DNA of 16,903 nucleotides from Theionarchaea archaeon (GCA_018992565.1 JACVGW010000060.1:1-16903), one strand, 5' to 3'. Positions 9,265 through 15,995 are shown, numbered from the stretch's first letter. A program made the numbers and translations. The notes: generated by a model from the sequence alone, not told the origin.

Positions 9265-9900
9265 TTATGTCTCCTCCTGTTTTTCAGATTCTTCTGTTGT
9301 ATTCTCTTCCTCGATGAATTCGATTTCATCGGGCAGTACTGCATCGGGAGGCATTATTTGTACTGTAACGCCCAGGACACCCACCTTTTTCTTGGCTACT
9401 GCATAGCCATGAGAAACCTGTTCTATGGCAGGTGCTCCACACTTTTTCAAATATCCATCTGCAAATCGCACCGACCGGGACCTTCCACCTGTTATCTTCC
9501 CTGAAATGACAATCTCGACACCTCTGGCACCTGCTTCCATCATCCTCCTCAACGCACCGTACGCTGCTCGTCTGAAGTTCACTCCCTTCACCAGCGAGTC
9601 TGCAATCTTGCCTGCCATGACGTTAGCATTCAATTCAGGTTTGTTGATTTCCTCCACCTCGATTTGAGGGTTCTCCATCCCGAAATCACTCTCAACTCTC
9701 TCCGTGAGTCGCTTGATGTTTTTTCCCTTTCTTCCTATTACCAGTCCTGGTCTCTCTATCCTGACGATAATACGGGTTCCCAGTGGACTGCGCTTCAAGT
9801 CCATACCACCGTACCCTGCCCGATCCAGAGAACTGGCCAGATACTCATCAAGTGCCGCATTCTTAACATTTTCTTCGATAAATCGCCGTTCAATGGCCAT
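9265..9900 (-). CDS. rps3: 30S ribosomal protein S3 (uS3)
   Basis: MAIERRFI, L.RAGYGG, KH-domain RPGLVIGRKG..I, GARGVEI.ISGK.TG.R, GVLGV.V.IMPP...LPDEI. Confidence 0.98.
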   Translation of the reverse strand: MAIERRFIEENVKNAALDEYLASSLDRAGYGGMDLKRSPLGTRIIVRIERPGLVIGRKGKNIKRLTERVESDFGMENPQIEVEEINKPELNANVMAGKIADSLVKGVNFRRAAYGALRRMMEAGARGVEIVISGKITGGRSRSVRFADGYLKKCGAPAIEQVSHGYAVAKKKVGVLGVTVQIMPPDAVLPDEIEFIEEENTTEESEKQEET

Positions 9901-10359
9901 TTAGCCCACCTCTTCCACAATTAATTCAACATTTGTTGTCTCGTGATTGTAGGGACTTGATCTACCGTAAGCACGGGGAATGTATCCCTGATACACCCTT
10001 CCCTTGTAAGCAGAAGCGTGGATAATCCTCAGCCTTTCACTGTCCAGTCCTTTGTACTCAGCATTTGCCTCTGCCTCTTTTAGCAATCGGTAGAAGTGGC
10101 TGGAAGCCTTGACAGGATATCGTCCTGCATACCACTTGAATAGACTCTTGTGTCCAACCTTTTTCTTGTGCCGTCTGAAAGGGATTGCTGCCTTCTTCTT
10201 CTGAACCTGTTCCAGGTACGATTTTGCCTGGTCAACCCTCATCCCTTTGATAGCTCTGGCTATTTCCACTGAGTGCTTGGGGGAAATCCTGAGGTTCCGT
10301 CCACACACTCTGGCAATTTTGGATTCTTCTTCCTGATTGATAGTTCGTGAGTATCCCAT
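9901..10359 (-). CDS. rpl22: 50S ribosomal protein L22 (uL22)
   Basis: LRISPKHSVEIARAIKGM, GRYPVKA, ANAEYKGLD, PRAYGR. The ATG at 10359 is preferred over the GTG at 10365 because the GTG lies inside the AAGGTG SD. Confidence 0.97.
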   Translation of the reverse strand: MGYSRTINQEEESKIARVCGRNLRISPKHSVEIARAIKGMRVDQAKSYLEQVQKKKAAIPFRRHKKKVGHKSLFKWYAGRYPVKASSHFYRLLKEAEANAEYKGLDSERLRIIHASAYKGRVYQGYIPRAYGRSSPYNHETTNVELIVEEVG

Positions 10360-10368
10360 AGTCACACC

Positions 10369-10776
10369 TTACTTCAGAGGTACATACATTGAAGACTTGG
10401 TTGCACCAATACCTGGAGCTGAATGGACCACTTTCCGGCGTGTCAGTGCAAACTCACCGAAGAAATGTCCCACCATTTCCGGTTTAATCTCCACGACTTT
10501 GAATTCTTTGCCATTGTATATCCCCACTGTTAATCCCACCATTTCAGGCAGGACAATCATGTCTCTGCAGTGGGTACGCACAACAACGCTTTCGCCATTT
10601 TTCGCTGCATCTTTTGCCTTTCGCAACCGCAGCAGAAGCTTTCTCTTTTCTGGAGGAAGTCCCTTTTTCAAAGATCTCCTCTGCCTCGAAGGAAGCAAAG
10701 AGATAAACTTATCCATGGGCATTTTCTGAAGTTCTTCCACAGGTATGCCTCTGTAGGTAAATTCTTTCTTGGCCAT
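10369..10776 (-). CDS. rps19: 30S ribosomal protein S19 (uS19)
   Basis: FTYRG...[57 protein letters not shown]. Confidence 0.98.
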   Translation of the reverse strand: MAKKEFTYRGIPVEELQKMPMDKFISLLPSRQRRSLKKGLPPEKRKLLLRLRKAKDAAKNGESVVVRTHCRDMIVLPEMVGLTVGIYNGKEFKVVEIKPEMVGHFFGEFALTRRKVVHSAPGIGATKSSMYVPLK

Positions 10777-10778
10777 AG

Positions 10779-11477
10779 TTACTTCCTCCCGGTTCTCTTA
10801 GCTTTTATCAATCCCACCTTTCTTCCTGGGGGGGCATTCTTGGAGACTGTGATGGGCCTTCCTTTGATATCATGCTGTCCACCGCCAAAAGGATGGTCTA
10901 CCACGTTCATGCTCACTCCAGATACCTTTAGGTATGAGCGTGCTTTGCTCTGCAAGGCATGGAATCGTTTTCCAGATTTCAGCATGGGCTTTTCTGTCCT
11001 TCCTCCCCCTGAAGCCACTCCAACTGTTGCCCTGGCTGTGGAAGGGAAGGTTTTCATCTGTTTCGAGGGGAGCTGAACCACAGTCTTTCCATCTTCATGA
11101 GAAATAATAGTAGCATAGGTTCCTGAAGATCGTACAAGCTTTCCTCCATCATACTGCTGTTTTTCAAGGTTATACACCAGAGTTCCTTCCGGAATTGACC
11201 CCAACTGCATCACATTTCCAGGGGCCACATCAGTACCTCCCACAGAGACCATCTGGTTTACACGCAAACCCTCGGGAGCTATTAAGAACCCCTTCTGTCC
11301 ACTCTCAAATGCAATTTTGGCAATAACAGCAGTATGAGCAGGATCATTAATCAACTCTTTTACAACACCTTTGCAGGGCTGGACAGGATACTTCACCGAG
11401 TACTTGTAGCGGTGGCTGGGTGCTCTGTACTTGGTAGATCCTTTTCCCCGGGCCTGCTGAATCAATCTCTTTCCCAT
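10779..11477 (-). CDS. rpl2: 50S ribosomal protein L2 (uL2)
   Basis: [64 protein letters not shown]. Confidence 0.99.
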   Translation of the reverse strand: MGKRLIQQARGKGSTKYRAPSHRYKYSVKYPVQPCKGVVKELINDPAHTAVIAKIAFESGQKGFLIAPEGLRVNQMVSVGGTDVAPGNVMQLGSIPEGTLVYNLEKQQYDGGKLVRSSGTYATIISHEDGKTVVQLPSKQMKTFPSTARATVGVASGGGRTEKPMLKSGKRFHALQSKARSYLKVSGVSMNVVDHPFGGGQHDIKGRPITVSKNAPPGRKVGLIKAKRTGRK

Positions 11478-11485
11478 GATATCAC

Positions 11486-11749
11486 CTAGAACACTCCTAT
11501 CTTGGTGGCTACTTCGTCAGCCAGGTACTCCTCTCTCAGTTTGACGTATGCCTTCTTTCTTCCGTCAAGCAAGACCAGCGTATTCACTGAGACTAATTCC
11601 ACCTCGTACAGTTCCTCTATGGCCTTTTTGATCTCGCTTTTGGACGCCGTTCTCTTGACAATGAACACCAGGACATTATCTCTATCCATGGAAGCAACAG
11701 TCTGCTCAGTTACCAGGGGATGACTCACAATACTGTAAGGGTCTACCAT
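11486..11749 (-). CDS. rpl23: 50S ribosomal protein L23 (uL23)
   Basis: PLVTE, N.LVFIV...A.K.EIK.A.E.LY.V....VNTL, G.KKAYVKL, A.EVA.KIG.F. Confidence 0.97.
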   Translation of the reverse strand: MVDPYSIVSHPLVTEQTVASMDRDNVLVFIVKRTASKSEIKKAIEELYEVELVSVNTLVLLDGRKKAYVKLREEYLADEVATKIGVF

Positions 11750-12498
11750 GCTATCCTCTCCAGGTTCTCAATGGCTGACTTGGTCCAGATGACGAATCGT
11801 CCAGGATGAGTTCCAGGTGCCAGATGTTCTGGCCCCAGGTTATCCACTGTTACTACGTCCACTCCTGGCAGATTCCTTGCACTCCTCACAGGTCTGGTAA
11901 CCACCAGTAAGGGTCCTTTCTTCTTCTTGTATTTTCTTCCTCTCATTTTTCCTTTACCTGCTCTAATCTTTCGATTCTGGGCTCGCTCAACATCTCTGAA
12001 TGCTCCCAGAGCTTCAAATGCCTCAGCAATCTCCCGGGTCTGCTCCAGGTCCTGCAGGGCATCCTCTACGATCAGGGGGATTTCTTTCACCTCATCGATT
12101 CTGTGGCCTCGCAGCCTCACAATATCAGAATCTGCAGACATTGCCACCGCAGAACGAAGGGCTAGTTTTCTCTCTTTCCTGTTTATTTTCTCTGCGTATA
12201 TCTTTTCCACCTTTGGAGGATGAGCTATACGTCCCCCCACTGCCTGGGGAACAAAAGCTGCCCGTCTCCCTCCTGACGCTGTACGCGGTGTTCTGGAGAT
12301 CCCTCTGTTAGTGCCCATGTAGTGAACGACACGCCTCTTTCCTGCGGCAAGACTTGTCCCTCTGGGCTGGGTCCTGTTGCTGATACACGAGAGAACTGCC
12401 CTCTTGATGAGGTCTGGTCTATGTTCTGTTTCAAAGACGGATGGAAGTTCTATCTTCCCTGAAGGTTCGCCCTCTAATGAATACACAGTAGCTTTCAT
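11743..12498 (-). CDS. rpl4: 50S ribosomal protein L4 (uL4)
   Basis: LP.VF....RPDLIKRAV, VPQAVGGR.AHPPK, IRAGKGKMRGRKY...KGPL.V, RNLPGVDV, LAPGTHPGR. Confidence 0.98.
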   Translation of the reverse strand: MKATVYSLEGEPSGKIELPSVFETEHRPDLIKRAVLSCISNRTQPRGTSLAAGKRRVVHYMGTNRGISRTPRTASGGRRAAFVPQAVGGRIAHPPKVEKIYAEKINRKERKLALRSAVAMSADSDIVRLRGHRIDEVKEIPLIVEDALQDLEQTREIAEAFEALGAFRDVERAQNRKIRAGKGKMRGRKYKKKKGPLLVVTRPVRSARNLPGVDVVTVDNLGPEHLAPGTHPGRFVIWTKSAIENLERIAW

Positions 12499-13503
12499 TT
12501 ATACACCCTGCTTACTGGATAGTGAAACATGAGTAATCACGGGTTTTCCCGGAGGTAGATGGCGGGGCGGCCTGATAGCCTGGCGCATTCTCACCATTCT
12601 CTTAGAAGGACCTGCCACACTCCCCTTCACCAGAACATAGCTGGTTCTCAGAATCCCGTAGTTGATAAATCCACCTGATGGAGTGATATCTTCCTCCTGA
12701 ACCGAGCCCATCTTCAGCAGCCTCTTGTTCAAGGCAGTTCTGGTATGTGTACCCATCTGACCAGAGAATGGTACCCTCCAGAGGGTTTTGTGGGGTTTCC
12801 ACGGACCAATGCAGCCCACATGCCGTCGGGCATCGTCTGTCTTTCTGTCCTGGATTTTCACACCCCACCGCTTGATAACGCCCTGAGTACCCTTTCCTTT
12901 GGTAACACTGATGACATCGATAAAGTCTCCTTCTCCGAATACCTGATCCACGGTGATTTCCTTTCCCAGGACTCCTTCAGCAAATTCAAGCTTGGAAGCT
13001 GCATCACTCCCACCTATACCACATTCCATGATATCTGGATTCTTTTTCAAATGAATGAGGTGAGGTTGAGTACAAATGAGCAGGCGAATGTCTGCTGCTT
13101 CGGAAAAATCTACTTTCTTTTTCTTGCTCTTTGACTTACTTTTTTTCTTGGTCAAGACAAGTTTTCTACCTAAATAGGAATGACCATTGTCGCTCCACAC
13201 TTCTCCCATTGGCTGTAATCCACTGGAAGTCTTCTTGTACCCTCTAATGCCGAATACATACACAGGTGGAGTCTCAATTACAGTAGCAGGAACCAGCACT
13301 TCTTTTCCCCTGCTCAAAGCATGTGGACGGTCATCTATCTTGTACGCATGCGTCATTCCTGCCTTGTAACCAGGATAATCTAGGAGTTTTGCCTCTTCCA
13401 TTTCTTTCCATGCTGAGACCCTTGGTACGAGCCTCTTAGCCCGTTTCCGGGGGGAGTAGCCAAGGGAGCCTCGTCTTGGTCTGCGGTGCTTGAAATTAGT
13501 CAT
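12499..13503 (-). CDS. rpl3: 50S ribosomal protein L3 (uL3)
   Basis: RPRRGSLGYSPRKRA, GYKAGMTH, DVISVTKGKG.QGVIKRWG, GQMG.HTRT..NKR, ITP.GGF..YG. Start set at ATG 13503, preceded by a GGAGGT SD (13511-13516). The TTG at 13518 overlaps that SD. Confidence 0.99.
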   Translation of the reverse strand: MTNFKHRRPRRGSLGYSPRKRAKRLVPRVSAWKEMEEAKLLDYPGYKAGMTHAYKIDDRPHALSRGKEVLVPATVIETPPVYVFGIRGYKKTSSGLQPMGEVWSDNGHSYLGRKLVLTKKKSKSKSKKKKVDFSEAADIRLLICTQPHLIHLKKNPDIMECGIGGSDAASKLEFAEGVLGKEITVDQVFGEGDFIDVISVTKGKGTQGVIKRWGVKIQDRKTDDARRHVGCIGPWKPHKTLWRVPFSGQMGTHTRTALNKRLLKMGSVQEEDITPSGGFINYGILRTSYVLVKGSVAGPSKRMVRMRQAIRPPRHLPPGKPVITHVSLSSKQGV

Positions 13504-13508
13504 GTGGA

Positions 13509-13618
13509 TAACCTCCAACGAGAGGTGATGATTTTCAGAATTGGAATGAAGCTAACCCCATTCCAACGTAACTGAATGCATTTTCAACTACTGTTCAACG
13601 CCGAATTTTCGCATAGAA
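13509..13618 (-). promoter_or_regulatory. Structured 5' leader of the ribosomal protein operon (tandem hairpins, the last one covering the L3 SD)
   Basis: On the mRNA strand: UCGC-uucuau-GCGA (13605-13618); GUAGUUGAA-aaugca-UUCAGUUAC (13568-13591); UUGGAAUGGGG-uuag-CUUCAUUCCAA (13541-13566); ACCUCU-cguu-GGAGGU (13511-13526). The G-U pairs form only on the minus/mRNA strand. Confidence 0.6.
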
Positions 13619-13647
13619 GCGAGCCTGTATTTTTACACTGGTTCTTC

Positions 13648-13662
13648 TTTATAAAGGTTTCG
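13648..13662 (-). promoter_or_regulatory. Archaeal promoter (BRE + TATA box) of the L3 operon
   Basis: Minus strand CCGAAACC-TTTATAAA (TATA 13648-13655). Predicted TSS ~13622-13627, giving a ~120-nt 5' UTR. Confidence 0.75.
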
Positions 13663-13902
13663 GATTTCGAATCGAAAAACTCTCAAGAATCCTCTGTCTA
13701 TCCCCCATGGAGCTGAGGTCGCGCTCCCTCATTGGAATGCAACCGGGCAGGACAGGAGCACTCTCCTTCACTTCACCCGAATTAAGTGCTCCTCTCTGCA
13801 ACTCAAGGTAGACGGAATTTCTATACTACTCATAGTTATCCTGCTGCCGATTTCCAAGAAATGACCCAAATCCTTCCCTGTCGCTTGCATGTGGTAGGGG
13901 GG

Positions 13903-13917
13903 GCAAAGATTTTTATA
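13903..13917 (+). promoter_or_regulatory. Candidate BRE/TATA element
   Basis: GCAAAGA-TTTTTATA, ~22 nt upstream of a 13-bp stem starting at 13939. Also reads TATAAAAA on the minus strand. Confidence 0.4.
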
Positions 13918-13938
13918 CATCTTATGTATGGGGAGACT

Positions 13939-14090
13939 GCTGGGTACGTCACGCACAAACACGCTAAGGGACATAGAGGTTGGCGTACCTGGCTCAACCC
14001 TGATTCTATTGAGCATCTCATTCTGCACATCTCACCTATGAAGCAGGGAAATACTGCCGCAGGCAGGAGTTCAGTACCCGCACATCTGCA
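13939..14090 (+). ncRNA. Candidate structured non-coding RNA (family not recognised)
   Basis: GCUGGGUACGUCA (13939-13951) pairs fully with UGGCGUACCUGGC (13981-13993), with 3 G-U pairs that work only on the plus strand. Further short stems follow, a TATA lies at the right distance, and no convincing ORF is present. Confidence 0.3.
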
Positions 14091-14102
14091 CAGGGGGCAG
14101 GG

Positions 14103-14116
14103 ACAATCTTTAAATA
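14103..14116 (+). promoter_or_regulatory. TATA box for a leaderless small ORF
   Basis: ACAATC-TTTAAATA (TATA 14109-14116), with 21 nt between it and the ATG at 14138. Confidence 0.65.
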
Positions 14117-14137
14117 GAAACTCTCCTCTCTAACTAC

Positions 14138-14317
14138 ATGCCACATAGATGTGGAGAGTGTATCCACTTCATTGATCGCGAAGATTCGCTTTACAAGAGG
14201 GAAAACGTCAAGTATTGTGAAGTACATGATGCGTATTACCTGGCAAGGCATATTGAATGTGAGTACTTCGAATCAAAAGAAGAACGAAAGTCACTCATAA
14301 ATAGAATTTGGAAGTAA
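14138..14317 (+). CDS. Small Cys/His-rich putative metal-binding protein (59 aa)
   Basis: MPHRCGECIHFIDREDSLYKRENVKYCEVHDAYYLARHIECEYFESKEERKSLINRIWK*. CxxCxHF...C...CxxF pattern, upstream TATA at leaderless spacing, oligo-T tract right after the stop. Below the apparent 60-aa cutoff of the ORF track. Confidence 0.7.
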   Translation: MPHRCGECIHFIDREDSLYKRENVKYCEVHDAYYLARHIECEYFESKEERKSLINRIWK

Positions 14318-14336
14318 TTTTTCTTCTCCTGTTTCT
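14318..14336 (+). terminator. Pyrimidine/oligo-T archaeal terminator candidate
   Basis: TTTTTCTTCTCCTGTTTCT immediately after the TAA of the 59-aa ORF. Confidence 0.5.
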
Positions 14337-14351
14337 GGCAAATCACTCTAC

Positions 14352-14380
14352 ACAGGTGAGAGCTTATGGTAATCACCTGT
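14352..14380. repeat. Perfect 8-bp inverted repeat between convergent genes
   Basis: ACAGGTGA (14352-14359) - 13 nt - TCACCTGT (14373-14380), 3 nt past the trmO stop. Confidence 0.55.
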
Positions 14381-14383
14381 CCT

Positions 14384-14806
14384 TTACCTGGTTTTGGAAA
14401 CCCATTGGGGAAGTCTTACAGGTTCTGGCATGGGAAGATGTGGCTTGATATCAAGCACAGGAGTCTCATCAAAAGCATCCAGCCCTTTCACTGTCAGGAT
14501 ATTCTCCCTGACCGATACCAGTTCAGTGATAGTGACTCCTATAGGGTTTGGACGTACAGGTGCTCGTGTCCCAAATACTCCAACCAAGGGCAGGGACTCG
14601 TCTCCCCTGGGATGTACTTTGAGGCGTGAAGACATGGACAGGTGCAGATAGAACAGGACCAAAACGTGAGAGAATTCCTCCAGGTCTGAAAGGCCTTCCT
14701 GCAGTTCCTTCCTGATGTGGATCTCTGAGATAACGTCTTTCCAGGCAGGTGGTCTCTCGGTTATGCCATTCTTTACTACCCCAATAGGGACGAGGCAAAT
14801 TGACAT
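14384..14806 (-). CDS. trmO: tRNA m6t6A37 methyltransferase TrmO (TsaA/YaeB family), single-domain form
   Basis: L.PIGVV, GL.DLEEFSHV.VLFYLH, VHPRG...LPLVGVFGTRAPVRPNPIG.T, L.VKGLDA.D.TPVLDIKP. Confidence 0.93.
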   Translation of the reverse strand: MSICLVPIGVVKNGITERPPAWKDVISEIHIRKELQEGLSDLEEFSHVLVLFYLHLSMSSRLKVHPRGDESLPLVGVFGTRAPVRPNPIGVTITELVSVRENILTVKGLDAFDETPVLDIKPHLPMPEPVRLPQWVSKTR

Positions 14807-14821
14807 TGTATCAGGTCACTC

Positions 14822-15253
14822 TCAACTGATTGAGCAGCGGACTGCTCGCTCAACAGTCACTTCTACTCCTTCTCCCAGGTGACGTTTTTCTATTGTCTTG
14901 ATTCTTCCGATACAGACTGGTTTAACCTGTATTCGTACAGCCACAAGTTCTATTTCGTCCCACTTTTTCACCTTCTGGAGGGTGACCTTCTTGTCCTTCA
15001 GTTCACAGATCATTCCCTCCGCCTTGGGCATTATGTCTTCTCTCAGTACAGGAGTCAGGAAGAGAGTGGCTCCTTGTTCTGCAGACAGGAGGGAACTGAC
15101 ATTGTCAGCACTCTTGATTTCCAGCGAAAGCAGGGGCCTCTGGAACAGCAGTTCATACATCTTGTTGGAAATACCGGTCACTGCTGGCATGTTATCAGTC
15201 CTGATGAATGTCACTCTGCCGATATATTCTGATAGAAAAGCTACGCGGGCCAT
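14822..15253 (-). CDS. DUF473 family protein (archaeal, unknown function)
   Basis: AVTGIS.....EL...P..SLEIKSA.N, G...FLTPV..EDI....EG.I.E, E.E.V..RIQ....C.GRI, recalled as DUF473-like. Commonly next to PAC2 genes. Start set at ATG 15253 (GGTGA-N4-ATG spacing, as in other genes here). Confidence 0.75.
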   Translation of the reverse strand: MARVAFLSEYIGRVTFIRTDNMPAVTGISNKMYELLFQRPLLSLEIKSADNVSSLLSAEQGATLFLTPVLREDIMPKAEGMICELKDKKVTLQKVKKWDEIELVAVRIQVKPVCIGRIKTIEKRHLGEGVEVTVERAVRCSIS

Positions 15254-15257
15254 GATC

Positions 15258-15959
15258 TCACCTATACATGGGGACATACTCCCCTGCTCCTTCTTTCTGA
15301 CGCATGGTTTCCATCATCTGCTCAAACCGTTCTTCTACTGCTTCTGCTTCTTCAAGAAGAGGTCCCACATCTATTTTCAGTCCAAGTATCTCTCCCAGTT
15401 GCGTGACCAGGTTGGCAGAGGCTCTGGGATCAGGTACATTCCCAAACGTCTCAGCCAGAAGGCCGATGCCAGGGATGCCCAGCCTCTTACACTCCAGCAG
15501 GAGAGATCCTGAAGCTCCTACAATGCTGCCCAGTTGCAGTGGCTCAATTTTCAATTGTTCCAGCAGTGCCTTGTCCGTGGCTGCTGCATATACTTTTTCT
15601 CCCTGTTTTCCTGTTCCAATGCCTGCCAGAGATAAAGATTTTCCAACCTTTTTTTCTTTCAGGAACCTGGAGATCTCTCTGGTAATCTCGTATACTGATT
15701 CAGATGGAAGGGGAATGTCACAGATGAATATCAAGATGGTGTCATGAAGGTACAGACGAAGGGGTGGGATAATGTCACCTTCGTACACAATGGATATGGG
15801 GGGAAGGTTGTCTGAGTTGATGTATCCGACAAGTTTCATGTTCAGGGCACTGATCATATAGCTACCTGCAATGTGCCCTACTAATCCTACTCCAGGAAAA
15901 GCTTCAATTGCAGTGCCGCCTTCAATATTGATTGGTTCTTTTTCTACAATTTCTACCAT
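15258..15959 (-). CDS. PAC2-family proteasome assembly chaperone (PbaA/PbaB-like) with C-terminal HbYX motif
   Basis: IEAFPGVGLVGHIA..Y.I..L.M..VG.I.S..LPP, G.IVG.SG.LL, G.GLLAET....PDPRASA, L..EAE.VE; ends in ...PMYR*. Confidence 0.92.
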   Translation of the reverse strand: MVEIVEKEPINIEGGTAIEAFPGVGLVGHIAGSYMISALNMKLVGYINSDNLPPISIVYEGDIIPPLRLYLHDTILIFICDIPLPSESVYEITREISRFLKEKKVGKSLSLAGIGTGKQGEKVYAAATDKALLEQLKIEPLQLGSIVGASGSLLLECKRLGIPGIGLLAETFGNVPDPRASANLVTQLGEILGLKIDVGPLLEEAEAVEERFEQMMETMRQKEGAGEYVPMYR

Positions 15960-15980
15960 GGTTTAGTGTATGGTTCGACG

Positions 15981-15995
15981 TTTATAAGGGTTTGG
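15981..15995 (-). promoter_or_regulatory. BRE/TATA promoter for a leaderless PAC2 transcript, embedded in the last codons of DUF434
   Basis: Minus strand CCAAACC-CTTATAAA (TATA 15981-15988, includes the DUF434 TAA stop). 21 nt between it and the PAC2 ATG, no SD, and close to the L3 promoter sequence. Confidence 0.65.

Noticed and set aside
225..13369. Numerous plus-strand and alternate-frame ORFs (e.g. 7609-8379, 8673-9317, 2904-3392)
   Set aside because: Antisense or out-of-frame shadows of conserved ribosomal/secY genes, with no recognisable motifs.
13768..14030. Minus-strand ORFs 13768-14028 (86 aa) and 13836-14030 (64 aa) after an AGGTGAG SD-like word
   Set aside because: No recognisable family, atypical composition, SD spacing off the local norm, and they run across a TATA element and RNA-like stems. 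Not called, though the 86-aa frame cannot be fully excluded.
13680..14100. SRP RNA, RNase P RNA, tRNA, TPP riboswitch, SECIS/selenoprotein or hammerhead ribozyme in the intergenic region
   Set aside because: Their conserved signatures were not found by eye on either strand, and there is no in-frame UGA at a conserved Cys position in a credible ORF.
14036..14251. 71-aa minus-strand ORF
   Set aside because: Antisense to the better-supported 59-aa Cys-rich ORF and its promoter.
14254..14297. Imperfect inverted repeat TGAGTACTTCG...CGAAAGTCACTCA
   Set aside because: Bulged, lies inside the small ORF, and has no supporting context, so probably chance.
14366..14629. Plus-strand 87-aa ORF with an upstream GGTGA
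   Set aside because: Almost entirely antisense to trmO. The GGTGA is explained as one arm of the inverted repeat.
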